In this document: positions 25,912-39,009 of the stretch, piece by piece
Numbering within the stretch: position 1 is the stretch's first letter
Layout: the number at the start of each line of letters is the position of its first letter
NCBI GenBank assembly: GCA_043228905.1
Contig: JBHGNT010000004.1
Location: 24,366,001-24,430,000 of the forward strand
Source of the DNA: Azolla caroliniana
Lineage: Eukaryota; Plantae; Polypodiophyta
Length of the DNA: 64,000 bases
Reading direction: 5' to 3'
Program-made: the position numbers and the translations under genes
Notes under the pieces: generated by a model
What the model was told of the DNA's origin: nothing
What the model saw: the letters and a program-made list of their open reading frames with translations, nothing else
The model's database searches: none

Positions 25912-28900
25912 ATGGCACTGGGTAGGAAGTCTCCAATTCCGACAGAAATATCGATGGAAGCATGGACTAGTAGAACCAATGAAACTTTGGGAAGTACACA
26001 CATCTTCGATTTACCTCTTGGGCTATTGACTTCTATAGTATCTCGGATATTTGACCCTCTTACAATTGTTCAGGTGCTATGCACGTGCAGATTGTTTAGG
26101 TATGTATGCATGTCAGCTCCACTTTGTTTAAGGATTTCAGACACAAAACAAGACATTGAATTGGGACTTGAAGATGGGTCTCAAACCAAATATAATTTAG
26201 GAGTGCGAACAAGAAGATTGTTGGCCTCAATAAGAAGTCAGATGCCAATGACAAAATCGTTAGATTTATCAGGATGCTGGATACTAGATGAGGATATAGC
26301 AGCTGTCTTGGCAGATCTACGATGCTTGAATTGCCTCATCTTAGATGGGTGCCAAAAATTGTAAGATTTCTTTTTACAGTTCTTTTATTATTTTTGATTC
26401 ATATCATTCTCACATTATTACTATAACTGTGATTCTATTGGCACTTAAGTAGTTTAGATTAATCTAAACCATTTTCTACTACTCTCGTCTTAGATGGGTG
26501 CCAAAAATGGTAAGATTTCCTTTTATAGTTCTATTATTATTTTTGATTCATATCATTCTCACATTATTACTATCATCTATGATTCTATTGGCACTTAAAT
26601 AGTTTAGATTAAACTAAACCATTTTCTGCTATTCTTGTCTTACTAACCCCGGTAAAGATATCATTGCTATGACAATGGCTCCCTCATAGTTCTTAGCATA
26701 CCTATTCCATATGCATATGCAATGGGTATGCAACTAAACTATTATTAACTACAGAGTACAATGAAACATATGGGTATGTTTTCAGATGTCAACAGCAGAA
26801 AATAATAAAAAACTTGTGTATAATTCACAACTAAGAATGAATAAGCAAAGGTCAAAATCTGTTTACCCTGAAAACATTGTTATGCATGTATATAGCTCAA
26901 AAATAAGGTTCAAATAAGCAAAGGTCAAAACCTGTTTACCCCAAACATACTGTTTCTCTCATGTGTATAGCTCAAAACTAAGGTTCAAATAAGAAAAGGT
27001 CAAAACCTGTTCACCATGAATATACTGTTGTGCAGAAAACTGCTGCCAATGGTTCGTAAAATGAAATATACAGATATGTTCGGATCTAAGGTTCCATCTT
27101 CTAAAGAGAAAAACAACTTTTATGCCAGACTGTTCCAATCTTCCAACAGTTTTCATGAAAGAAGTATGTTTTTCTACAGAACAGCTGTCAAGAGTTCATT
27201 GCGATAGAAATTGTGAAGATAACTACTAGGGAATAAAGAATGGAATTGGAAATTTAAGAGGAGATTTTTATGGACAAGTACTAGCAGATATTGAATCGTT
27301 TTTGTTCGTTTGATACTGGGGCTATTTATGAATAGACTAGTACGATCCCTCCAAACATGCAGTTATTGTCATATATTTGATAATGGAGGCTTTTATGGAC
27401 TAGTACTAGTCTTTAGAACGTGTGAGCTAGTAACTTGATAACGGTCCCTTGAGTTGATAATGAAGATTTTCGCAAACTAATACTAGACTCTAGTGCAGGC
27501 AATCTTTGCTGCTCACTACTTGATAATGGAAACTATTGTTAAATGGTAATTGAAACGTGGTGGTTTGCAGGACATCAGTTGTTGCTGATGCTTTGGCAGT
27601 GTCGGTGAGATCCGGACCTCAAGCACTTAGTCTAGAAAGATGCTTTGGCCTCGGTGCAGCTGCAGCAGGAAATTTACTTGCTGCATCTGCAGCTGAAGGA
27701 TCTCAGCTCCGTTGTGTTCTATTGAGCCATCTTGACAGATTAGATCTTCCAAGAGGCTCGCCATTGTTAGAGACGCAAGAGTGGGACCTTGCCGAAGATG
27801 CAAATTCTGTTGACTTATTGCTTGATCCGGAAAGATATGGTACTGGTTCTGGAATTAGAATCCTTGCTCTTCATAATTGTGGGAATCTTGGTCCTCATGA
27901 ACTTGCTGCTGTAGTGAGTATTTCTGATGTTCAATGATTTTTGTTCTTGTTGACATTTCACTCCTTATATGCGAGAACAGTCACGTTCTTTTCATTGAGA
28001 TTTTCATCCCATCTTGCAGGGTGCTACTTGCCCAATGCTAGAGATTTTGATGATAGGAGGATCGTTCGAAGGATTGTGTCCTAGCACTAAGCCTGACAGC
28101 TCCTCACCAGTTACTACTGCTAATGCAGTGTCAGCTATTATCAAAGCTTTAGAGCTCATCAGGCACTTACATGTGCTGGAAACAACATTTTTTCCAGAGT
28201 CTATTGTGGAAGGAATCAGGTATTAAGTGTTCTGTTTTACTTGTTTTTGAAACTCAAGCCCTGATATATGTATAACCAGCTTCTTTGGGTTCTTATCAAA
28301 AGATCATGTTGGATTCTAGATGACATATATTACGGAAAATTTGAAAGGAACTTTGGACATCATACTAGTGCCATATTTTACATTGGGTACAAACCCTAAG
28401 TTTGTGGCAATAAAGCGCTTAAGATTTTGTACCTTGGCAATTATAGTTCCTCTTACAAGATTAGACATTCACCAAAGCACTACTAGAAAACACTATAAAA
28501 GAGAGATGGGAAAGGAAAAGTAGAGTTGCTTTATTAGACATATCATAAGGGAGCATAACAGAAGGGATGGGAAGTGTTTTTCTGATTGCTTTCTCTAAGG
28601 TTGGCATTAAAGTTGTTTGTCTGTGCTTATTGTAGAAAAACCGAACATGACAGACATGGTTAAAGGTCAAGATGCAGCTGTGTACAATGTTTGTGGATAA
28701 CTAAATTCTGAATCTAATCATCACAAGAACCCTTTGTTGGCAACCTGGTTGTACTGGTTAATGCCTGAAAGTTTATTCCATCTTCCTTTTAATGTTGGCT
28801 TCTCTTACTCATTACCCATGGAGAATCTAGTTGTCAGTAGAGTCCTTAGTTGATAACTTGATTGTATTGTTAACGGCTGGGAGCTTATTCCATCTTGTTG

Positions 28901-31899
28901 TGTTATAGATTTTTTCATAATCACTACCACAATATCTTCTCTAATACGAGGAAGAATGAACAATGTCTTGAAAGCCTGCTGCACATACACTTTTGTTATG
29001 TGTCAAATGCGTATCTAACATTTCTTTCCACAGCTTCAAGTTTGTGTGGCTAATGTGCACCTTTGATCTTTTATCTCATTCTTCTATCACTGTAGACTAT
29101 ATAGTATGTTGGAAGTTCAATTTACTAATTGAGGAGAGGGAGAATATCATCGCTTGTTTTCAACACCAGGTAGAGAATTACTCTAATTATTCCCCACTCT
29201 TACTATGTTCTTTGCTCAACATCATCTTATAACACCCCACAATATGTGTAAATGTTGTGGTGGATAAAGTAACACCCATACTAGGCTTATAGATGCAATA
29301 AACTCTGTTTCAGTTTATTCGCATCAGTTCTCTGGATTTAAGTTATGCAAATGTTTCCTTTTCTCAAGTTTCTGATGAGGCTTGATCTCCTATGACAATG
29401 TATTCTATTTTCTAGAATAACCTGACCATTAGCTGACATATGTCATACTTGCCAAGTGTATCTGATTGGCTATTATCATCTTGTCAACATGGGTTAATGA
29501 TACTTGAATCACAATTATGAGTGTAATTGTTTTTATATGCAAGGTTTGAGGAATATTTTTTTCTAGAGATTTGGTACAGTAGTTCTGTCTTAGGTGATTT
29601 CTGTGAAGAATCAATCCCCACATGTTGTTTTCTAGTTTTCTAATGGTTGTCTCAAGTATGCTGTTGAAGCAACAAAGTGATACAGTTGAATCTAGAGATT
29701 CTGGTACGGTAGGTTTGTCTTGTTGTCAAAGCTCTTTGAAAGATGAATAAAAGGTGTGTTGTTTGTCAATATCATTTGGAGTGCTTCTAAGTTCTGATCA
29801 TTGATGTTATTACTCTTGCAGGGAGCATTTTGGGAAACATGTCGAAGTCTGGGATTTCCGTAAAAGAGAATCAGTTTATGCAGCACTTTCACTCTTGTCG
29901 GGTAAATTAGGGCTGGGACCTGTCGAGCATATGATGAATAAATTACGTCCTTATGACATTTTTGAGGTCGAAAACAAATTTGGTGGTGTGAAAGAAGGGG
30001 CTGAATATATTTCCCTGGCTCTCCGTGCTGCAGTGAACTGTTCAGACGTAAGGAGAAGGACTCCTTTACATGCTGCATCAATTGAAGGAGACGTAATGAT
30101 GACATGGGGTTTACTCTCTTTGGGTGCATCCCCGAGATTAAGGGATTCATCAGGAGCAACAGCATTGTTCAATGCAGCGTGGTATGGACATCCTGAAATA
30201 TGTGGTATGCTTTTAAAGAGTGGAGCTGACGTTTTGAATAGAAACAGATCTGGTGAAAATCCTCTATACATTGCTGCCTTAAGAGGTTATACAGCCGTTG
30301 TAGAAGTATTACTGTCTCATTGTCAAGCAAATGACATCAACTGGCAAAGTGCAGAAGTATATGGTATTGTCCAAACCTTCATACTTATATGTTATCTGAT
30401 TTGTTGTTGGTTCATATTGGAAACAGTTGTTAAAATTGGTCTATATTGGAGACAGTTATTAAAATCAAAATATCAAAATTTATGTGTCTGAACACTATTA
30501 TCTTGAAACTGATTCTGTTCAATAATAACCAAACTTGTTATTCTTAAGAACTTGCTGATTGCGAAACTTGTCAGTATAAACTTACTCTCCTCTTGGCCAA
30601 TCAAAGCATCCATATAATTATGGACCTATTTGCGCATAAAGTTTCTCTGAACCATAACCCCCCTTTTGTTTATTAGTAGGTTGTCTAGAAACAGACAATT
30701 CCTCAAAGAAGTTGAGAACCTTTATTTTTGTGGATAAGTTTTTTTTTTTTGGATTTAGATGGCATATGGTCTTTCTTGTGGTATTAAAATATTGACTTCT
30801 GACTAACACGCTTAAACTGAGGGCCACCAAAGAAAGTTATATTCCTTCATGTATCTTGAGTTCTTACCAGATGACTGCACTACTGTGCTATGCTCATACC
30901 ACTAGTGCCATCTATCCGTTTATTTCCTTCCTATGAGATTATGATGCTCTTATATTAATTTGACTTCTATTATCAAAATGTGTTAAATTGAAAACTCTGT
31001 TTCATGGTCTCAACTGAATATTTTTGTGTGATACTATGATCAGGTTGAAACTCGTTTAGAGTAATGAATCACTTCTTTAACCTTGTCCTAATGGACCTCT
31101 GTAAAGTCCACCTCTGGGTTATTTCTGTTTCACCTACTTTTATAACTTCATTGTGATATCTTATATTCATGTTTTTCGTTGATACTTTGTGGACTAATTA
31201 TATCTAACTTCAAAATCTGTATATACTGATGTCATTCAACAACCTTTTCAAATAGGATATTATGCATTGATCTACTCTTTTTTTGCTGAAGGTGATGGCT
31301 GGACCCCCCTGATGGCTGCTGCTGTAGCAGATCGCCAGGATGTAGCAATGGTTCTTTTAGATGCTGCTGGTGCTCCATTGCAGATTAACTGTTTAACGGA
31401 TGGATGCACCATATGTAAGAAGGGGAAGAGGGGCGCCAAAACTGCTGTTTACAAGGATAAAAAAGAGGGAGCTTCAGAATATGTTAGAATATCAGAAAGA
31501 AAATCATATCCTCAGATCCTTGATGCTCAGAACCGGTATGGTCAGACAGCTTTACATATTGCTGCAAGGAGGGCATCTGTTTGGTTTGTCTCCAATCTGT
31601 TGCATGCTGGTGCTTCTTTGAATATTCGCGATGAATATCAGAAGAGGGCTGTTGATATAGCTCAAAATCAGAAGCACATGAGTGTAACTAACATTTTAAG
31701 ACAATGGGAAGAACAGCTCAAGAAGAGGAAACCACCAGATGCTGGTTCTGAAAATCTGAATGTAAATAAGCAATCAAGTGGCTATCTGCAGTCGTCTTCC
31801 GTTTCAGATAAAGCTGCGCCAAAGAGTGGGTTCAGAAGTGCAACCCTGAAGAAGGTTTGGAAGGCTAAGGATAAATGTGGCAGTGGAACACAGCACTGA
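25912..31899 (+). CDS. F-box + LRR (RNI-like) + ankyrin-repeat protein, 5 coding exons, ~713 aa
   Basis: Exons 25912-26360, 27571-27913, 28020-28219, 29822-30363, 31292-31899; total 2142 nt. A probable 5'-UTR exon ends at 25076 (CAG/GTGAGT). F-box-like IFDLPLGLLTSIVSRIFDPLTIVQVLCTCRLFR. LRRs SLDLSGC, LILDGCQKL, LSLERC, LALHNC. Ankyrins RRTPLHAAS, GATALFNAA, GENPLYIAA, GWTPLMAAA, GQTALHIAA. Confidence 0.82.
26340..26642. repeat. 149-bp tandem duplication spanning an exon end and splice donor
   Basis: cttagatgggtgccaaaaat.gtaagattt... occurs at 26340 and 26489. Confidence 0.9.
26838..27020. repeat. Three-copy intronic repeat (aataagcaaaggtcaaaacctgttt)
   Basis: Copies at ~26839, 26913 and 26987. 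Confidence 0.8.
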
Positions 31900-32485
31900 G
31901 GCAGAGATTAAGATTGATGTTTATCATGTTTATAAATGTAAATTTGATCATGTTCTCCTCATAGCTTGCGGTAGTTCCTTGGTCAAAGACAACTTTGAGA
32001 GCATGCCAGTGTATGTTGGTTGTGTGGTGAAGATTGGCATACACTTTGAGCAGCATCTGTTGATTTTGCAATGTTTTTGCTGTAATTCTTAAAGGCCACT
32101 CACAAGCTTTCATACAGGAGCCAAGCAACTCTATGTTGAGAATACAAGGGGATGCATGACCGAAGGACGTGTGTTAGGTACTGCTGCTAAACCTGTGGAC
32201 ATTGGGGCAGATGCAGGATGTGACCATTACTCCTAACTTGGTAGATGAGTGCATCTCAGAGAATTATTGATTGGATTCAAGTGTACGTGAATCTACTTCC
32301 ACGAAAAGTAGAAAAATATCACAGGAAAGGATGATGGTATTTTGTATATGCCCCACCTATCTATAAGAGAGAATGTTTATGGCTACAATTGCATAAGATG
32401 CCCCATCTAATATGCAAGGGTTGTGTAGAATTGTGACCATTGTGTGCTCTGAAAATCAATAGGTATTTGTTGGAGCCTTTTTATA

Positions 32486-32735
32486 TTGGAATATTGTATA
32501 TTGAAGTATTTTTTAAATGTGAGAAATATACCATCCGTTTTAGTTTGCTACCTTTTAATTCCATTTATTTTGGAATATTGTATATTGAAGTATGTTTTAA
32601 ATGTTAGAAATAAACCGTCCTTTCTAGTTTGCAACCTATTAATTCCATTTATTTTGGAATGTTATATATTGAAGTATATTTTCAATGTGAGAAATAAATC
32701 ATCCTTTTCAGTTTACAACCTATTAATTCCATCAT
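32486..32735. repeat. ~84-bp tandem triplication
   Basis: ttggaatattgtatattgaagtat...aattccatttattttgga repeated three times; also visible as the repetitive ORF 32486-32737. Confidence 0.85.
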
Positions 32736-35451
32736 GAGTGTTTTTAATGTCTAGCATTATGGATGGATGCCACCATATAGAGAAATGGACTGGCCTGCAT
32801 GTTATTTGCACACTACACCATTTCATTAGGTGTTTTTTGTTCCCTTTTAAACAGACAACATTATATTGCATGGGGTTTGAAAGTTGGGGAGGCGGACCAA
32901 GTAAGTGGAGAGAGAATCATTGAGATATATATTGCACAAAAAGAGCTTTCACAAGGATAGTGGTTAAGCTTTCTATAAAAATTTCTTAGGGTGAATAGAT
33001 ACACTTCGATGGATCAACCTGTAATTTTGGGGTGGAAAATAGTTGTTGGGAAGATAGCATTGCAGCATTATTAAAAAGACGAGTAAAAATTTTGATGTCT
33101 GTCTTTTGACGTTTCTGTAGAAGTTTCCTCTCTTGTAACTCCATCCCCTCTAATTCATCTAAGCCTTGAAAGCAGTAAAATAATATCAATAGATGAATGT
33201 TTAGATAGGCTCTCTCTTCTCAAATGATTGTAGTGAAAATTAATTTGTAATAGGTTTCAGAATCTACATTTTCCACTCAAACATCGTATGGAAATTTCCT
33301 TCATGTATAGTCTCATTGAAGTCAAAATGATCAAAACAGTGGAATGCAAAAAAATAGGAGTCCTTGTGTAAACCGATCATCCCTATGCCTCAATAATACA
33401 CCTCAAATTTGTGGAATTAGAAACATCATAAGATTCAAGCTAAATTTTGGTCATTTTATGTTTTTAATTTTGGGTTAGATCAAATAATCTTCCGTTACAC
33501 TCACTACACAATTCAGCAAAAGCCTGATAAAACTCTAGCAATCTTTCCAAGATGTAAATAGGTCTCACTTGTAGAATCTTATGAGAACCCATTAAAATGG
33601 TTTAGTTGGTTTTATGATTTTTCCGCAAAATAGACATCTTCACTCTGTTTCTCTTATTGATGATGATGATGTATAATCTACAAATGTGCATTCCAATTTT
33701 CAGTATGTCATCTATCAGATTTTCTCATGATAGGTATTTGATATATATCATCGTGTGCTAAGTTAGTGCAAAAAACACAGACCATATAGCATGTTAGGCT
33801 TTCGTCCAGAGACAATTATGTGGGCTAAACTGCTTTAGTTGAACTGCTGTTCAATACATGTGTTACATATGCCACCAGTTACGAGGAAAACTGTTTGATT
33901 TACTCATGAATTCAAGTGCAGATGGAAGGTACTTGTTCCATGCAAACATGCTTTGAGCCCTTTGAGTAATACACACTCCTTGTCTACGAGAATGAAGAGT
34001 TTGAACTTTGACATTGCCATGAGATTTCTCCATTGATGGGATACACAACACTGTACAAATGTGACAAAAGGAAGATTTTAAGCAATGAAAGGTGTCATTA
34101 TAACATGAATTTTCACTTCTCTACCTTTAGGGGAAAACAGATAGAGAGACTCTTAAAGGCTATTAAGAAAATTTACCACAATTATTCCCACATTAGGAAT
34201 TGACCTAAAGGCTAATATGATGAGCATCCCTTGCACAGTGGGGTGCTATAGAGCATTCCTGGCTAGGAAATCAAGGGGGAAAAATGTCTAAACCATCTTT
34301 TGATTGCAACACCTAGATCAACATATGGTTATTGCAATAAAGGTAAACACACACACATATATCTACAGAAAATGCATTCAATGCTGAAATGCTTGAAAAA
34401 AGTGCAGGCATGAAACCCTAAAAACTTGAAATTCATAACAAGCAGAAAGAAAGAGAATAGATGACAATAAAAGCAATATGAGCTCTCTAACAGATATTTT
34501 GAAACCATTTCAATGCTAAAATCTTGAAGCAAAGCTTGAAAAAAACACATTCATTTTTTACAGAAAAAAATAAAAAATAAAAGCTTTGAAAAATCTAAAA
34601 TAGCTTGGAAATGCCGATGAAACGTTACATGAGTTGTAACTGAAGAGGAACTTAAAGCTGCACATTAAAAATGTGATAGTTTAACCAATATATAGAAATA
34701 AGATGAAAACTTTTAGGATTTCTTTGATTACGTTCTTTCAATATTTCATGATTTTTCTGTAAATGTTGAAAGAAGGTAATCAAAGAAGTCCTAAAAGTTT
34801 TCACAGCAATGAAGAGGACGAAGAAAAGATGAGGTCTTATTGCAGATTAACATAACATCAAACAAATATACAGCTAGCATACTAAAAAGCCATAACGATA
34901 TTAAAAAGGAAACACTGTACTACAGAGTATCAACAACTTGCAGTAACGATGAATATTAAGACAAATAATATATCTTTTATCAGACACGTAAAAATTTTGA
35001 ACACTGATCCAAAAATATATGCTTTCACGAACATACATTTATTAACAACAAGAGAATAAAATGAAAATTCCAGTGCTACAAATGCTTGGAACAAAGATAT
35101 TGATATAAGTGCTGAATATCTTTGAAACAAGCGGGCACACTGAGACAAATAAAAAGGTTTCTCAAAAGAATTTGCAGCAAAGGATTTTAAAAAGACGAGC
35201 AATGTCAATGAATATATACTTTTTCGATCGCATTTTTGCAGAACTGAAGAATAAGGAAAAGCTTCCGCAATAACTAAAATCCTTGATAGCTCGAACAGAA
35301 AAACTACACAAGATGAACAATGAGACAAAAAGATATGCTTTCTCAGTCATAATTTTATAGAGATGACGAAGAAACCCTCTTCCAAGAAAAGAAAACAACA
35401 AAATCCAAAAAATGAACAGGAATTGAAAGGAAAAAGGGAGGAAAAAAAACC

Positions 35452-35973
35452 TTATTGCTGAGCAGTGACGAGTTGTAGAGAAAGAAGTTCATCTTCAGGG
35501 ATGGTTCTGACGCGACAATCTGAAAGAGGCATGGAGACACAAAGAAGAGCGTATCCTTTCTCGACCACATCATCACTGAGCATACCTCCAGACTGGTCCA
35601 CACTCCCTGAGAGAAGCTTCGCTGGACATGTCATACACACACCGAGCTTACAGTCGTGAGGAACATCCAAACCTATTTCTAAGGCTTTCTCTAACACGCT
35701 CTCTCCTTCTTCCACCTGCATGGTATGGAGTTCCCCGTTATGCTCAACCTCTACTGTGTAAGATGACGCTCTGGTGGACGTTTGTGATCTACTTCCACGC
35801 CTTCTCGTCCTTCTCGGCGCGGTTTTCTCAAAACGGAAGTTCTTTGGCAGCGATGAGGCATTCAGGGTTTCTGTGACGATCACGGAACTTCTCGCTCTCG
35901 TTCTTCTTTGGATGCTGGATACGGTGGACATGGAGGCAGAGATAAGAGAATGGTTTAGGGCCAGGGACGCCAT
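35452..35973 (-). CDS. FDC1: Chloroplast ferredoxin C1 (2Fe-2S, C-terminal extension), intronless, 173 aa
   Basis: Ser/Arg-rich transit peptide; 2Fe-2S motif HDCKLGVCMTC...ALLC; DQSGGMLSDDVVEKGY and the EDELLSLQL tail typical of FdC1. Confidence 0.93.
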   Translation of the reverse strand: MASLALNHSLISASMSTVSSIQRRTRARSSVIVTETLNASSLPKNFRFEKTAPRRTRRRGSRSQTSTRASSYTVEVEHNGELHTMQVEEGESVLEKALEIGLDVPHDCKLGVCMTCPAKLLSGSVDQSGGMLSDDVVEKGYALLCVSMPLSDCRVRTIPEDELLSLQLVTAQQ

Positions 35974-36000
35974 GTTTGCCGTCTCAAGCTCTGCCTACGC

Positions 36001-36045
36001 AGAAGAAGAAGAAGAAGAAGAAGAAGAAGAAGAAGAAGAAGAAGA
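36001..36045. repeat. (GAA)n microsatellite in FDC1 5' leader
   Basis: Directly visible. Confidence 0.95.
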
Positions 36046-36184
36046 AACGGCGATGGCGATGGGAGCTCTCCTCTCTCAGTGACAGTGAAGTGTAAATGGC
36101 TTTGGATAACATTTTGGTTTCACATTTGTCCGCCCAAAAGCCCTTTCCTTTGGCTACTGCCCGGACACCACTCCTCTCTAGAGT

Positions 36185-36480
36185 CTTCTATACATTGGTA
36201 CTCGCTCCATTACGCTCTCTACATACATATATTGATACACCTTGTGCTTTCCGAATACTCGCTCCGTTACTCTCTCTACATACATATTGGATACACCTTG
36301 TGCTTTCCGAATACTCGCTCCATTACTCTCTCTGTATTGGATACACCTTGTGCTTTCTGAATACTCGCTCCATTACTCTTTATGTATTATGTACACCTTG
36401 TGTTTTCCGAATACTCCCTCCCTCTCTCTATGTATGTATGTATGTATGTATGTATGTATATTGTGTACACCTTGTGCATA
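36185..36480. repeat. ~50-57 bp minisatellite (about 5 copies) plus (TGTA)n in the FDC1 promoter
   Basis: Unit gatacaccttgtgctttccgaatactcgctccattactctct repeated. Confidence 0.9.
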
Positions 36481-37102
36481 CAATACCGAGTATTGTATCC
36501 TCAAATACTCAAATACCGAGTGCCGTTGCTTCTGAGATCCGAGTCTCACCCTCCTTCTGAAGATGTATCATGCTAACCTGGCACATGCCAAGCACCAAAT
36601 CCTCAGTCAAATATTGCTTGAATCATGTGATACAACGTCTCCTCTGTCTCGCATTTTTTCAGTTTCTCAAAGAGACAAAGGGTGGCATCAACTTACACCT
36701 CGAGACATGCTCGTCACATGATAGCATATCTCGTTGGTTGGTTTCACATTTATCCACGCAATTATCCTAGAGACTACTTGCATTGGAATGTCATCAAAGG
36801 AGCTTCGTCGTCTTCTTCTTCTTCTTCTAGTGGGTTTTACGGGAATCAATGCAAAAGACAATGTGGCATCATGAATAATTGATGACAGCCATCTATGGTT
36901 TCACTACACAAAAGACTAAATCACCAAGGACATTAAAGATCAAATTAAATAAAATCATCACCATTATTTTCTTCTTAGTAGAATTTAAGGGAATCAAATG
37001 CAAATGATAATATGGCGTAATGAATCATCGATAACAATGTGACAACCACCTTTGGTTTTGCAATGCAAAAGGCTAAATCACCAAGAAAAATAAGATGATA
37101 AT

Positions 37103-37500
37103 TGTTACAAGATATTATATGGTCATGCCCGTGACATACCACCCCCAAGCGAATGGATCGAGACGGACTTGAGCCTCAATTGACATCCCATACCATCGTC
37201 GTGGCGTCGAGTCGTACTTGGTACTGTCGCGCTCACTTCAAGAGTTTGATCCACCACAAGGACAGAGTCTCGACATAGTCAAAAGATGTCAAATGAGGGT
37301 AGCTAGGTCTCATATTTATAGCCAGATCTAAGGGCCCCAAGCAAGTTCACACTTGGCCTTGATGGGTTGTCTCAATCCCAATGATTAAAAGTAATCCTTC
37401 CCTTCTTTACACTCTCGTTTAACCCTCACACTTTATCCGCATGTATAGCATACTACGGTACAATCTTACCACGAGATATTATATGGTCATGCCTGTAACA
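37103..37500 (-). mobile_element. Solo LTR (398 bp) with 5-bp target-site duplication
   Basis: Ends TGTTACA...TGTAACA (7-bp inverted termini, TG..CA). ATAAT flanks both sides (37098-37102, 37501-37505). TATAAATA on the minus strand at ~37313-37320. Confidence 0.82.
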
Positions 37501-37799
37501 ATAATAATAATAATAATAATTCAATTGAGCTAAGCATGTCTAATACTTCTCAAAATAATTCTATAATGATATATGGATCACTTGTTCCTCTGTATAGTAT
37601 AGATCATATTAATGGAATTAGTATATAATCATATATCATTGGATTTGAAATGTTGTTGATTGGTTGTTAACTTTAAAGTACTTTGAAATTATTGATGCAT
37701 CTTGTCTTACATGAGAAATGACAAATTCTTAAAATACACAATTGAGATGTTGTAAAGAAATTTTGAAAGTGTATGAAGTATATTGATGCCTTGGCTCTA

Positions 37800-38560
37800 T
37801 ATGAAGTCATAATTTTAAGAGAAAGCAAATGGTTTTGAAGCCAAAAGACAACATTGCGAGGTCTTGAAATGGTGGATTGTGGTAGTTTGAGAGAGTTTTA
37901 AACCCTACCATCAACTAGTATGCAATGCCTTTTGGCATTTGCTTTCACTAACCAGATTGGAACTTTCATTGTGTTGGTCAAGTTTTGCTCCTTTCTAGCA
38001 ATGTAACTTGAGCAAATAAATATTAACGCATCAATCTATGGAGAAGCTTTTGTTTATATTTCAAACTAAATATAACATTGTCTAACGTTTTTGTTTTTTG
38101 CTCAACAAGCCATCTATTTCGAACTAAAGCATAATGTTTGTTGTGACATGGCATGTAAAATGGAGGAAAGTGTATGGCTTGGATTCGAGACAAAAGCTCT
38201 ACCAAAAGTCGGATTGATGTGGGAAAACTAATCACAAGGGTGCATAAGAAGCCTATGACGACAAGAGGCAATGTGGTCGTCGATCGTAGACTCTACGTTT
38301 AACTCAAGGATCACGCAAACACGATTCCTATTGGATTTCCCAACCATATGGGAATTCTTATGAACCAATATTTTTTTGTCATCTTCAACTATATGTAGTT
38401 TAGAAGATTTTATTGTAACTATGTGATTCACTATTGAACAAGGATTCCCAATTTTCAAATCAAAATTTTGATTTCCAAACAGAAATCTATCTTGCAATGC
38501 TTGCATTGTGGCACCCATATCTTAATAGGTTTCATGAAAAAGAGAAAAAGAAGAAGTGCT
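37800..38560. mobile_element. Possible heavily degraded retroelement (LINE-like) fragment
   Basis: Broken frames with SRID/RLYV-like words reminiscent of LINE endonuclease, next to a clearer LINE remnant. Weak evidence. Confidence 0.25.
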
Positions 38561-39009
38561 CATACACTAGTGAGTAATGGGAAACCAAGTTTCCACTATC
38601 ATCGTGTTCATTTAATTTCTATTTCGTGTAGGAATTATCGTGTTAATATTGATCAACCTTGAGTAGTTTATGACACCACATGCCATGTTTGGTATTAGTG
38701 TATTTCATTGGAAAAGAAATTTATGTGTATCGAATTAGTCTACGTGCTTGATGGATAGTCATGGGTTTGTGGCATGGAGCCTCATCTAATAAAACTAATG
38801 TTAGGTTAAGAGTATGTTGAGAGTGTATAAGCAAAGGAAAGAAAATTTAAGCTTGTTATATTTTCATTACTAGAGTAAAGGGCAATCTACAAGGCAATTT
38901 AGGAAGGATATTGATCCATTGTTTTATAAAATAGCAAAATACTAAGCTTTAAAACATCTTCTTCTTTTAGTTAATGTATGTATTTTGAGATCCATTGTTT
39001 TTTTGCCAT

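Noticed and set aside
29692-30271. Antisense ORFs over the ankyrin exon (likewise 35465-36082 and 46782-47218)
   Set aside because: They are shadow frames of real coding exons with no recognisable motifs.
32900-35400. ORFs downstream of FDC1
   Set aside because: Low-complexity Phe/Leu-rich translations of AT-rich non-coding DNA.
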